A stretch of DNA of 64,000 nucleotides from Octopus sinensis (lineage: Eukaryota), in assembly GCF_006345805.1 (NCBI RefSeq), contig NC_043012.1, forward strand, positions 52,514,001-52,578,000, in the 5' to 3' direction. Of the stretch, positions 1 to 12,679 are shown piece by piece (position 1 is the stretch's first letter; each line of letters starts with the position of its first letter). The translations under genes were made by a program, and so were the position numbers. The notes below the pieces were generated by a model. The model made no database searches, was not told the origin of the DNA, and saw only the letters and a program-made list of their open reading frames with translations.

Positions 1-1
1 T

Positions 2-441
2 GAAGAGGCCAGGATAACGCATGTAAGACACAAAAGAGATCTAAGGAAGAATGTTATGATCGATAAGGTAAATGCCAATGATCTTTTTGTGTACACAGTT
101 TGTGACAGACCATGACTTTCTTTTGCTGGGCTCAAATCTCATTTGCGAACTCATAGAAAACGAACCTCCACCAACCATTCCGTCTATATTTCTATGCACA
201 CCTTTGAATGTAGTGTATGCAAGAAGGTTTGCAAATCTAACGGAGGTCTCAAAAGACATTTTAAGATCCTCAAAGATCAGAACTTATCTGCAGATCTTGG
301 TGGTCCAAATCAGATGTGCAGTCTATGTGGGTGTCTTCTCAGAACATTGTCTTATTTAAACAGCCACATCAGATGCTATGATGGTTTTAATGTGTAGGTA
401 CAGGAGGTGGACAATCTCTACATAAGGAGTAGACAACCACT
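2..441 (+). mobile_element. 3' end of a decayed RTE-like LINE ORF with three C2H2-type zinc-finger motifs plus short 3' UTR
   Basis: Frame 2 reads EEARITHVRHKRDLRK...FVYTVCDRP*LSFAGLKSHLRTH...FECSVCKKVCKSNGGLKRHFKI...MCSLCGCLLRTLSYLNSHIRC, with an in-frame TGA at 113-115 and stop at 395-397. The EE-R..KR..RK motif followed by CxxC..HLRTH resembles RTE ORF termini. No TGEKP linkers. Ends next to (TA)n. Confidence 0.65.
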
Positions 442-445
442 GTTT

Positions 446-503
446 ATATATATATATATATATATAATATATATATATATAATATATATATATATATCTA
501 TAT

Positions 504-546
<43 letters not shown>

Positions 547-583
547 ATATATATATATATATATAATATATATATATATATAG

Positions 584-657
<74 letters not shown>
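446..657. repeat. (TA)n microsatellite
   Basis: Direct reading. Confidence 0.95.
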
Positions 658-660
<3 letters not shown>

Positions 661-795
661 TGTTCGTTTTTATGTTCAGTTATAAAAAACAACTTTACAT
701 CAATCTGATGGGATACTCTATATTTTTGTAGAATACAAATTTATCATTATTTTGCAATGACGATGAAGATCAATATGAAGAATGTTGTTGATAGT

Positions 796-833
796 GATTT
801 CGAAGTTTCGGACAGCTAAGCCATCATCGGACG
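796..833 (-). other. Degenerate hammerhead-like motif in a probable Penelope-type pseudo-LTR relic
   Basis: Minus strand reads CCGAUGA-U-GG...CC-GAAAC-UUCG. U4 is replaced by C and helices are poor. Confidence 0.3.
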
Positions 834-940
834 AGAGAGAGAGAGAGAGAGAGAGAGCCAGAGAGACAGAAAGATATGCGCAACTAGAGAAACAGAGAAG
901 TAAGGAATTAAAAGACAGAGTGAGAATATAAGGAAAAAGT

Positions 941-1160
941 AATGAATATATTCTGTTGTGTCTGGGATGAACCATTTTCTTTTAGTGCCTTATAATGTAA
1001 CACACTCACCGGTAAAATTTCCGTTTATTTCCTAAATTTTTCTGAACTTTTCCTAAAATTTTAGCTGCGTCTTGCAAACTTTTCAATAGTCCTGACTATT
1101 GAACATTTTGCAAGACACAACGGAAATGACTCGCCCCAGACACAACACAATATGCTTCAA
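941..1160. repeat. Nested imperfect inverted repeat with a central hairpin at 1070-1116
   Basis: TCTTGCAAA..TTCAATAGTC-CT-GACTATTGAA..TTTGCAAGA. Outer matches ATTTCCGTT/AACGGAAAT and TGTTGTGTCTGGG/CCCAGACACAACA. Confidence 0.7.
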
Positions 1161-1259
1161 CACACGAACTCACATAAAGAATCTTGCAAACCAAATCCCT
1201 AACTGAAATAATGAATATATAATTCCTTAAAATTCACACACACACACACACACGCATAC

Positions 1260-1310
<51 letters not shown>

Positions 1311-2283
1311 GAGTGTGTATAAATACAATGTGCATTTGCATACATAACAGTGTTTGTAGAAACATAGGAAAACTACTGAATATATAGGATGGAGTTAATT
1401 ATAATAATTCTAACAAAAATAGGCACAACGTCATTAATTTTGACACATCAAAATACAATAAATCGGAGCAATTCTCGGGTTTGTTTTTCTTTTCTGTTCT
1501 ATCCCGTCACAAATTTCTTTGTATTGGTTTACGTTTTATTTTGTTTTCTCCTTACTTCGTGTCTGTCTCGTTCATCCTCTTCCTCGCTTGTTCCCCAATT
1601 CTACATTGAATCTATCTTTCGTTCACATAGTAATAGCTTGCTTTTATATTCATATATTTTAATATTGCATTGACCATATTTGTGTTTAAAACGGTAATTT
1701 TGTTTTCTTTGTAGATAAACACGTAATCGAACCCGCGAACGAACGATCATAAGTCGCACACCATAACCACTCAGTATGTAAAGACTCGCACAAATACCGC
1801 CTAATACGATTAGAGTTTTTTCACTTCACACGGTAATTCGCAGAATCACATTTTGGTATGAAACTACATAGATTACTTCGCTGAGTTTCACGTTTTAACA
1901 ATTTTCACACAAAGGAATCTTATGAAACTGGATAAAAGACAAAACCACCCGAGTATGAAAGTTAGAGTCACGTTTCAATGAATACCTATACTGTAATAGC
2001 AATCCAGAAATATCTTTCGACACAAATTTGTGAAAATACATATACGGTTTTTACAAAAATAATGTGAGAGCCTACCAAATTATTTGAATATATTTCAACA
2101 AGTCAGACTATAAACAGGGCAACAACTGACGTGACATTTACTTCTCAGGTGATACAAAGAATAGAAAAATTATGGTATTATTGAATCTGATAGATTTTTT
2201 CAGTCTATTACATAGTCATTACGTGTTTAATTTGTTGCTTTCTAATTCTTATAATTCTTAGTCAATATTTCAATATTAGAGTA

Positions 2284-2712
2284 GAATCTTTTCGGTTTGA
2301 ACGGCAGTTTTTTTCTAGCGGTGTCATATGAAATTGTCACCCATAATTATGACCCTACTATCGATCTATTGCATTTCTAGCTGTTTTAGGGTTAGAGTTA
2401 GTATTAGTGTTAGGGTTAGGGGTGGGGGAAGGTATCTTTTTTTCTTCACAGATGTAAATAAACCCAATCTGTTTCTTAAACGAGGGACATATTCATACGG
2501 CACAGAATGCTTATTACCTCAATAGACGTAATTGATTGGTTGAAATTGCAGAAATTGAAAAAAAGCAACAAATATCTTACAATCTATAGAATTTTCTCAA
2601 TAAAGCCAAGAGGAAAAGATGTTTTATAAACACATTCTACCAGTATACGAAGTTTAAAATTTTTGTTACCTAGAAATTATGTTAAAATTTGCCGTTCAAA
2701 CCGAAAAGATCC
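2284..2712. mobile_element. MITE with 23-bp TIRs (GGATCTTTTCGGTTTGAACGGCA) and internal TTAGGG-like repeats; possibly Merlin-type
   Basis: TIRs at both ends. Flanks ttagagta/atagagta (7/8 match). Homologous copy in reverse at 45507-45954. Confidence 0.85.
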
Positions 2713-3421
2713 ATAGAGTATTTCACTGTTACACAAATTTGTTTAATAGCGAAAGATTAATCTTCTTGCTCCGGGGAAGGAGAAACCTTTTTGTTTTTGT
2801 TTTTTCTGAAGCATCAGAAAATCGTTCCAAAACACGAGCTGTTTAACTAAGGCATTTAGCTGCGGTTTTCAGTATCACCCCAATAAACGGTGAATATTAA
2901 ATGGAACAAGTTCATCAAGCCTGTCGTTTTCTTCACTACATTTCTGTGCTGTTCTTTTCTCAAACCACCTTAAGAAACGAGTTTTAATTCTTTGCAATTT
3001 TCATTGACTACATATTATGATTTTGCCAGAATTCTTTTGCGTGTTGGTGTTTGTCAATAGTCGCTGCTATCAACCGTCTTTAAGCTATTCCAAGAAAAAA
3101 TAAAATTTATATGCAAATAATACTTACTTTAGAATATTAATATATTAAAAAATTCATATTTTAACTTGAGCACACGAATAGGAGCTTAATTATACATAGA
3201 AAATACATGTAGACAAAAAAATTAACTCATAGGTCCAGGCACACATATGTTTCGAGATAACATATGCAAGCCTAATATATGCTGTTCTATAGATGTAGTT
3301 AACTTTTGCCTTTGTCATGGAGATCTTTCTAAAACGTTTACACAACTCATATTGTTCTTACTCTGAGAAATTATATTATGCGTGCGTGGACACACACACG
3401 TATATAATCACACACGTACGA

Positions 3422-3426
<5 letters not shown>

Positions 3427-3474
<48 letters not shown>

Positions 3475-3480
3475 ATATAT

Positions 3481-3522
<42 letters not shown>

Positions 3523-3692
3523 TATATATATATATATATATATTTATACATATATATATTTATACATATATAATATATATTATATATATATATTCATATA
3601 TTATATATATATAATATATATATACATATATATATTATATATATATATTTATATCTATATCTATATACATATATATATATATATTTATATAC

Positions 3693-3760
<68 letters not shown>

Positions 3761-3780
3761 TACATATACATATATATATA
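3427..3780. repeat. (TA)n microsatellite
   Basis: Direct reading. Confidence 0.95.
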
Positions 3781-4059
3781 TGGTAGATGACATGTGCAAT
3801 TGTACAACTCCAGAGAATTCTTTTCTCCCTCATCAGCTCCCACACTTATTTGTTTTGGCCGCAGACTGCCCTATTGAGATATTACTGGCGCTAGGAAACA
3901 ATCATGAAGTGGCAAAAAGCCAAAGGTTTCGACACAGGCCACTGGACCAAATCGATTTATTAATCTAAATTGACCAACAACTTTTATAAAATCTACAGAT
4001 TCATTCTGACATATTTTCTGAAAATCTTACCCTCACTCATATGCATACGTTCTTTCCAC

Positions 4060-4100
<41 letters not shown>

Positions 4101-4222
4101 CTCCCTGTCCGTCTCTTTCTCTGTCATTATCTCATTACCTCTTTTACTTCCTGCATATATATATATAAATGCATATATATATATATATATATATAAATAC
4201 ATATATATATATATATATATAA

Positions 4223-4265
<43 letters not shown>

Positions 4266-4293
4266 CTATATATATATATATATATATAATACA

Positions 4294-4375
<82 letters not shown>

Positions 4376-4480
4376 TATAATATATATATAATATATATAT
4401 ATATAATATATATATATATTATATATATATATATATAATATATATATATATATATAACATATATATATATATACATATAT
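4060..4480. repeat. (TC)n tract followed by a long (TA)n tract
   Basis: Direct reading. Confidence 0.9.
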
Positions 4481-4798
4481 AGCATGCATGTGTATGTGAG
4501 TGTCCTTTAGGTAATATGTTCGTCTCAACATGAACTGAGACCAGCAGAGCTAGACAATATTTTGGAACAACTTGCTCTTCACATAATCATGCTCGCTGAC
4601 CTTTTCATAAATCGTCCACCGTATACAATACTTTCTATGACATGCGTAAATGACTTTTAGTTTAATTGGACCAAACCCTATTTATTGTCAGTTGATTGTA
4701 AACGCAATATGAAACACCAGTGACAACAACAACAACAACGCTAACAACAATAACATATGTGGCAAGTTGATTATTACAAATTAAAATAGTGCGTGTAA

Positions 4799-4799
<1 letters not shown>

Positions 4800-4861
<62 letters not shown>

Positions 4862-4918
4862 ATATTATATATATATGTATATATATATATGTGTGTGTGT
4901 ATATATATATAGAAAGAG

Positions 4919-5000
<82 letters not shown>

Positions 5001-5001
5001 C

Positions 5002-5040
<39 letters not shown>
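4800..5040. repeat. (TA)n plus (GATA)n microsatellites
   Basis: Direct reading. Confidence 0.95.
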
Positions 5041-5041
<1 letters not shown>

Positions 5042-5733
5042 CACTGCTGTGTCCGGTTTTGTGTAGGTGACAGGCTGTGTGAGAGTAAAAGCAATGATAG
5101 ATACAAGAGTATGCTTTTGTATATATATTAATTATACTTTTGTATAAACGCATATATATATATTTATATGATTATATATGTGTGTGTATATATATATATG
5201 TGTGTGTGTATATATATATATGTGTGTGTGTAGCTATTATGAGTGTAGAGATACCGCTAAAAGGGATGTTGTCATCCAAGCTTTGCCGGTTTAATCGATG
5301 CAAAAGTTCAAGAGTCCAGTATGACTTAATAGCATGGGTGTTTATTCTTTAAATAGGCATCAATTAAGTATATTACGGAGATTAATGCTTAATACATTTA
5401 GATATATGTGTATATTTCAATAAAATATAAGGAAAAAATGGAGAGTTTTAACTCATTAAATTCAATTTATTTGCATTTTGTCAAAATTCTGTATAACCTA
5501 CAACTGTTTCTATAGTTAACTCAGTCAATTACAAATTAATAAATTAAAAATTAAAAACTATCAAATAACTACAATTATAGTTTTTTGCAAGTTTCAAGCT
5601 ATTTCAAGATGCAAGTTATTTTTAAAATTTGATTTGATCAGTTAAAACTCTCCATTTTCTCCTTACATATATATATACATGTACTTATAAATACATACAT
5701 ATATACACATATATATATATAGTATATATATAT

Positions 5734-5807
<74 letters not shown>

Positions 5808-6522
5808 TAAATATTATGACCAATGATCCACTTCTCACTGTAAATTGCTCCATTTCTCATCGTCTCTATATATATTAAAACAAGGACCATACATACTGAG
5901 GCAATACCAGAAGTCACAATATATATATATATATATATTGTTTTTAACATGGGCCCAAGATCTGAGACAGAAGTGAGGGACAAGCGCACTGACTCGCATT
6001 TATACAAATACCCATATCTCTATGTAAGTATACATCTGCTGACACACATACACGTATATGTATATGCAAGCATACTCACACAGACTAAATGTACACCTAT
6101 TTTACTCATCATAAATTTTACTTTATAGGATCATCTCATTGGGCCCCTATGATGTTGGATCCCATTTTTCTACAACAATACAAACGAAGCAAAATTGAAA
6201 TAAATGTGTATCACATTTGGTCCAATACCCTATGTCAAGGTCCAAAGCATAATTTTATAAGAATTCAATATGAAAAGTGCAATTTTGTAATGAATTTAAC
6301 AATAGAATGATATGGATATGTGATAAATATTGAAATTACAAATATAGTAGTGCAGATCTGATTATATGGTAGAGAGGTGAGTTTCAAAGCCACACCATTG
6401 TATAGTCAATCCTTTTTCCGTGACGTCTTAAGCAGTTGTCTTTTACTTAGATTTCAATGGGAGCAGGCCTGTGGAGTATTATTTCATGGACGGCGATTGA
6501 AGGAAAGACTTCGCACACACAC

Positions 6523-6574
<52 letters not shown>

Positions 6575-6589
6575 TTAAATGGATGAATG

Positions 6590-6830
6590 AATGATCCTTT
6601 GTTTGCCGTTAACATGGAAAATTCAATAAACATTTACCAGGGTAGCAAAATTTACGCACGTAACACGGATGAAGTGATCTATTCAAAGGTAAAAACTCCG
6701 GGTTAATGTGCAGTAATTTGTGTAGTATAAGTAAATAAATGGAGTTGAATGAAGATGTTATTAAAATTCTTTTACTTTCGACATATGTTTCGAAGACAAC
6801 ATTGGTTTTATTCCAAAGGAATAAATATAA
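6590..6830 (-). mobile_element. Truncated relative of the hammerhead-bearing repeat at 28440-28874
   Basis: Shares GAATGAAT, GGGTAGCAAA, ATGGAGTTGAA and TTTCGACATATGTTTCGAAG blocks. The 5' half of the ribozyme is replaced by (TA)n. Confidence 0.65.
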
Positions 6831-6925
<95 letters not shown>

Positions 6926-8652
6926 GTGTGTGTATGCGTATACGTATATTTGTATCTCCATGCATATACATATCTATGTGTCTTTAGTGAGTACATGTAT
7001 GTGTCGCATGCCTCGAAAGTGATATGTTCAAAAAGAACTTTATCAGACTACTCATGTTGCTCTTGGGTGAAACAAAATATATGTTGGCGAACCCACAGTT
7101 ATAGATTATAGGTCTATGTATGTGTGCAATTTGATGCAGAAGAGACATACATATCTCCGGGATTTTGTCTGTAGATATTTTGATCTCCCGACCATTATTT
7201 ATATTCTTCGCTGATATGTATTTGAGAGATATATATATAGAGATACAGACGTATATATATATATATGAGTTTTCATTTGTGTGTAACATAGACGAATTTG
7301 CACATATTTTCCGTTTTCCAAAATCGTTTTCTAAAATATTATTCCCCTGGAGAATGTGCTAGAATTCATGTCATCAGAATGCTAAATTCTGCGATAGGAA
7401 TCGGAATCATGTGATTACGAGAAGAAACTCTTCACCATACAGCGCTGCAGAATTAATAAACTTGAACCAACAATCTAGAAGCTGTCGTTGTTATCTACTT
7501 AATTACTATATCTACTTGTTCGTCATTTCAAACAGCAATTCGCCGGCTGATCCAATAATTTAATAGGAAGTAGAAATACAAATTCCGCAGCATTTCCAGG
7601 ACGTTATATATTGGATAGCAGTGAGAAAAAAGAGCGTATTTTTCATTGAAGAGATTTGAGATGAAAGATTGGGTGGAACTTTCCTTGTAGGAGGTTCAGG
7701 CTGAGCCTCAGCCGCGTTGAGAAAAGCAAAACGAATCAACTGTTTTATTGCGTCGCTCCAGGTCGATTCTGATTAAGCTACTCTACTGAATTAAAATAGT
7801 TATACATTGACTAAGGCAATGAATAGTCAAGATGCTTAGGACGTTGTATATGATGCCTTGTCTTATCTACTCCCGCTATAAGCTCAAATCTTATCGAGAC
7901 TATATATTTAAATATATTTAAATTGTTTCAGCTTCGAAGCTGCGGCCATGCTGGGGCATACCATTTTTCATCTCGAGGTCGATAGTTAAAGTACTATTCA
8001 AGTACTGGAGTCGATTCTTATTCCTCGTTCACTTAGAATTAAATATGCTACACTATGAGGCGTGGGAAACTACACACAGTGGCTGTGGCATTACAGATAC
8101 TAGAAGACTCTTTGGCGATAACTTACAATTCTCCAAAATGCTCTGAACAGCCGCCTACACTCAAAGAGCTGCTACTTGGTGAAGATGACGCTTATGGTGA
8201 TGATCGTCATTACAATACTCATGGTTTTGATCATCTCCATATTCATCTTCATCGTCATCATCACTATGATCATCATCGCCATCACCAACATCAGTATCAG
8301 TATCATCATCATCTTGGTGATGATGATGATGATGATGATATACATCCATCAATTTCTGCAAATTATCTGTGTTAATGATTGTAGAAAATGGCGGATAACA
8401 CATGTTGATTAGTGATTGGTTAAAAGGAGTTAATGAACAAAGACAGCTTAGTTACTGTTGTTGTTCTTGTTCGTTACCACCATCTCAGGTCAAGTCAATT
8501 CTCATCGTTTACACTTGAGATCAAATGGTTTCAGCCACAACTGCCTTGCTTTTTCATGTCATCTTTGTGTCTAAATTTAACAAAGTGTTTCACAACGCTA
8601 TGTACTCTCCCTCACTAGAGATGGTCTGGAATGTCCGAGTGAGTACAAGGCC

Positions 8653-8689
8653 GATGGGATCCGTCCTCATTTAGAGGACGGATCCCATC
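8653..8689. other. Perfect 16-bp hairpin with a 5-nt loop
   Basis: GATGGGATCCGTCCTC-ATTTA-GAGGACGGATCCCATC. Confidence 0.9.
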
Positions 8690-8809
8690 TCAATTAGAAA
8701 TCCAGTTTAGGTAAAGCTTGCGTTTAAAAATAGGTTAGAAGCAAAATATACCATCGAGTTGCGTTGCTTGAAGTAGCAGCTATATATCTCTCGAATTAAA
8801 CATTAACGC

Positions 8810-8935
8810 CCTACCGTGCGTGAAATCGAAAGCACGAACTTGAGCGTGCGGTCTCGCCCGCGTACGCGTGGACGTAGCCGAGACCGACGTCGCGACGTGC
8901 GGGCGTTCGATGCGGTCCGTCCCGTAAATTCCCGA
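8810..8935. other. Short CpG-dense, palindrome-rich segment
   Basis: About 25 CpGs in about 125 bp. Palindromes at 8859-8868 and 8887-8898. Inverted pair at 8849-8856/8879-8886. Confidence 0.75.
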
Positions 8936-9085
8936 AAGATGACCAATAAATAAGAAGAAAAAAAGAAGTGCCATATAGGATAATGGTCGTCTACGATACA
9001 TTGTGTAAAGAAACAAATAGATGAAAATGGAATAGTCACGGCTGGAACGCTTTTGGTTTTAATCTGTCTGATTAGAGTTTAATTG

Positions 9086-9283
9086 GAGCTAAACAAGAAC
9101 AACAGTCATCACAAAACTACAAACAGCACCACCAAAAAAAAAACAAGAATGATAACAACTACAGCAGTAAATATAACACCATAGCATCACAACAATGAGA
9201 GCAACATTTAAACATCATAACACCATCGGCACCGACACCAAAAATAACAATAACAACAAGAACAACCTCGCCAGAAATGCATT
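9086..9283 (+). repeat. About 200-bp CAA-rich direct repeat, copy 1
   Basis: Collinear with 15847-16061 from GCTAAACAAGAACAACAG to CGCCAGAAATGCATT. Confidence 0.85.
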
Positions 9284-9454
9284 GATTTCTTAACGAAAAA
9301 AGAAATCCTGATTTTCCACCATCGAATAATTTTCCTTTTCCTAATGCAACTGATACTGTTACAAATGTGATGCCACTCTGTCTGCAATTGATTGCAAGTG
9401 CACTCAGGCTGCATGTTATTTAACTGCTAGTTGCAACGCTACCAGTGAGCAGCA

Positions 9455-9464
9455 CATACATACA

Positions 9465-9513
<49 letters not shown>

Positions 9514-9697
9514 GTATGTATATACTATTATATAGTAGTGTATGCATAAGCCTATATATATATATATGTGTGTGTATGTATATTTATATATACATATATA
9601 TATATATGTATATATTATTATATAGAAGTGTATGCATATGTATATATATACATATGTACATATATATATCTATATACTATTATATTGAAGTGAATGC

Positions 9698-9730
<33 letters not shown>

Positions 9731-9851
9731 CGTACACACACACACACATATATATATATATACGTATACATATATATATATATACACATCTATATATATA
9801 CATATATATATATATACATATATATTCATACATATAAATATATATACAGAA

Positions 9852-9902
<51 letters not shown>

Positions 9903-9960
9903 TACATAAATACATATATGTATATACATATATGTATATGAAATATATATACACACACAC
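9455..9960. repeat. Compound (ACAT)n/(TA)n/(CA)n microsatellite
   Basis: Direct reading. Confidence 0.9.
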
Positions 9961-10059
9961 GCACCGTGTTATATGGCCTTATTTTTATGGATTTGAAGAT
10001 TGTTTATTTATTATTTTTACTAATTAAGATGGACACTGACACTACATTTTTCTTTGTCT

Positions 10060-10820
10060 AATTTCATTTGCCATGGTTTTCCTCTATTTAATCTTCTACC
10101 TTTTTTTCTTTTTTCGTATCACATCTTCGCCTCTACTTCGTTCTCTACATCTTCACCCTTTTCCTCTCTACCGTCTTTATTGTTTTGCTTCTTTTCCTTA
10201 TTTCTATTATTATAATTTTTCTTCTTCCTCTTTCGTTCCTTTCCTTCTCCTTTCGTTCCTTTCCTTCCTCTTCTTGTACTATTTCTTTTTCGTCTTTTCC
10301 TTTTTCCTTCTTCCTTTTTCCGTTTTATTATTCTCTGTCATCTATTCTTCCATATTTTTCTTACACACCCTCCGTAAACACTCTCGCATTTTTAATTCAT
10401 TTCTTTCTTTTTCTCTAACATCCTTTTCTCTTTCCTCCAGAAACCCATTCTTTCTTCTTCCTTCCCTCTCCCCCACTCTCTCCCCATCAGTCCTTCTTTA
10501 ATTCACTCATTTTCTCACTTCACCTACACATACATGAAAATGTGTCGTATCTAAAATATAACGCCCTCTATCATTTAATCTTTCTCATTCACTATGTGTT
10601 GTCTCTCACATTTATTCTCTTACTCTTCTTCTAATTCTCTCTCTTTTTTTCCTTCATCATTTCTTTGTCTGCCAGTTTCTAGCTCTTTCCCTGTTTTCCC
10701 TTCTATCATTCCAAATTTGTCCGTGAATCAACGACTGTGTTTCATTCTCATTTTCAAACAAAATTCCCCAATTTCTATATCTTTTCCTCACATTTCTCAC
10801 TATCTGTTTTGTTTTCGTTT
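10060..10820 (+). repeat. Pyrimidine-rich low-complexity tract
   Basis: Strong C/T strand skew; F/S/L-rich spurious ORFs. Confidence 0.8.
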
Positions 10821-10849
10821 TTACTGTCTTACAGCACATACGTCTATAT

Positions 10850-11047
10850 GTATAAACCTATGTATGTAGCACGCAATAAATACATATATATGCATATATA
10901 TACGTACGTTTCAAAAGTATGTATATATGAATGTATGTACGCATGTATCCATGCATCCATGTACGTATTTATGTATGCATGCATGTATGTACGTGTATAT
11001 GTGTGTGTATGTATGCTTGCATGCATGTATGTATGTATAGATGTATG

Positions 11048-11090
<43 letters not shown>

Positions 11091-11109
11091 AGAGAGAGAG
11101 AGAGAGATG

Positions 11110-11157
<48 letters not shown>

Positions 11158-11390
11158 ATTTTATGCATGTATTTATTTATATATGTATTTATGTATGCAT
11201 GTATCTATGTATGGTACGCATGTATGTATGTATATATGTATACATGTATGTATGTATGTATGTATTTATGTATGTATGTATGTATGTATTTATGTATGAA
11301 TGTATATATTTATGTATGTGTGTATGTATGTATGTACTTATGTATGTATGTATGTATGAATGTATGTATGCATGTATGTACGTACATACG
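10850..11390. repeat. Degenerate (TATG)n/(TA)n/(GA)n/(TG)n array
   Basis: Direct reading; source of the spurious 312-aa ORF. Confidence 0.9.
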
Positions 11391-11954
11391 TTTCTCTTTC
11401 TCTCACTTCCTCTTGCATGCCTCCTAATCATGATGTACCATGGATTTATTTTTGGTCGTATATTTCCTATGAATGTGGCTGTCTCTACATGTGTGTACAA
11501 TGAGATGTTCAGATTCGATCTGCGTAATTCATATTCTTTCTCTGCTTGTCACTCTCTCATTCATGTTCCCTCTTTCGTTCTCGCAGTTTCTCCCCCCTCC
11601 CCCCGGTCACTTTCTTTCTTGTTCTCCCCTTCCCTTCCATCCCTTCAAATCCACTTACAAAACCATGATCAGTAAAAGAAAACAAAAACGTTTTCCAATT
11701 AAACATTTCCTTTTTATTTATTTTCTTTAAATTGACCTTGATGTAGTAATCTATACTCCCACACATATCCAATCATGCACAGACATATGCTATGTGTATG
11801 TATGAATATATATTCACGTGTATATCTCCATACATACATTCATCCAGGTCTAAATATACGCTTTTAAATGCTGCTGTTCATGTATTCATGCGTATAGGCA
11901 TTCATACATAGATCGTACATCCATCCATATATACACTCATCCATATATACACTC

Positions 11955-11998
<44 letters not shown>

Positions 11999-12064
11999 CC
12001 GGAGTAAACACATAAATGTGAAACAAGGTGGAAAAAAGAGTACTCAAATACCAGTGGCAGAGTT

Positions 12065-12226
12065 ATATGCTTTATTTAAAGCAGCAGAAAATTCAACAAA
12101 ATCTGTTACCCTGAGTTTTCCGTTGCCGTTCATAGGACAGTTTTTCTAGCAAAATCTGTCCGATGAACGGCAACGGGAAACTCAGAGTAACAGGTTTTGT
12201 TGAATTTTCTGCTGCTTTAAATAAAG

Positions 12227-12231
<5 letters not shown>
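12065..12231. mobile_element. Inverted repeat (arms about 75 bp) carrying a degenerate hammerhead; probable Penelope-type pLTR relic
   Basis: Arms 12065-12140 and about 12155-12231 are reverse complements with few mismatches. Confidence 0.75.
12152..12197 (+). ncRNA. Degenerate type-I hammerhead ribozyme motif
   Basis: Helix I AAAUCUGU/ACAGGUUU (8 bp). Core CCGAUGA (U4 to C). Helix II ACG-GCAA-CGG. GAAA. Helix III ACUC-A-GAGU. GUA cleavage triplet. Confidence 0.55.
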
Positions 12232-12271
<40 letters not shown>

Positions 12272-12299
12272 TATATATATATAATATATATATATATAT

Positions 12300-12372
<73 letters not shown>

Positions 12373-12376
12373 AGAT

Positions 12377-12580
12377 ATCTTTTCTACTATAGGCACATAG
12401 CCTGAAATTTAGTGGGAGAGGGCCAATCGATTAGATCGACCCAAGTACGCAACTGGTACTTAATTTATTGACCCCGTAAGGATGAAAGACAAAGTCGATC
12501 TCGGCGGAATTTGAACTCAGAACATAAAGACAGACGAAATACTGGTAAGCATTTCGTCCAGCGTGCTAACGATTCTGCCA
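12377..12580 (-). mobile_element. SINE-A monomer with tail type 2
   Basis: Minus-strand head GGCAGAATCGTTAGCACGC, B-box GAGTTCAAATTC, core CTTTCATCC..GGGGTCAATAAA; tail runs into (GATA)n. Confidence 0.85.
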
Positions 12581-12679
12581 AAATATATATATATATATAT
12601 ATGAATATGTATATGTATGTACTTATATATGTATGTATATATATATATGTGTGTGTATGTATATATACATATATATATA

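Noticed and set aside
3826-3935. CTCATCAG and TTTCG motifs suggesting a minus-strand hammerhead
   Set aside because: The motifs are in the wrong order. Similar partial motifs near 17775 and 33945 lack a full core or helix I.
8055-8412. His/Asp-rich ORF
   Set aside because: Derived from degenerate (CAT)n/(GAT)n repeats; no splice or homology support.
8616-8693. TAGAGATGG...CCATCTCAA as a mini hAT element
   Set aside because: Imperfect 9-bp match and no target-site duplication.
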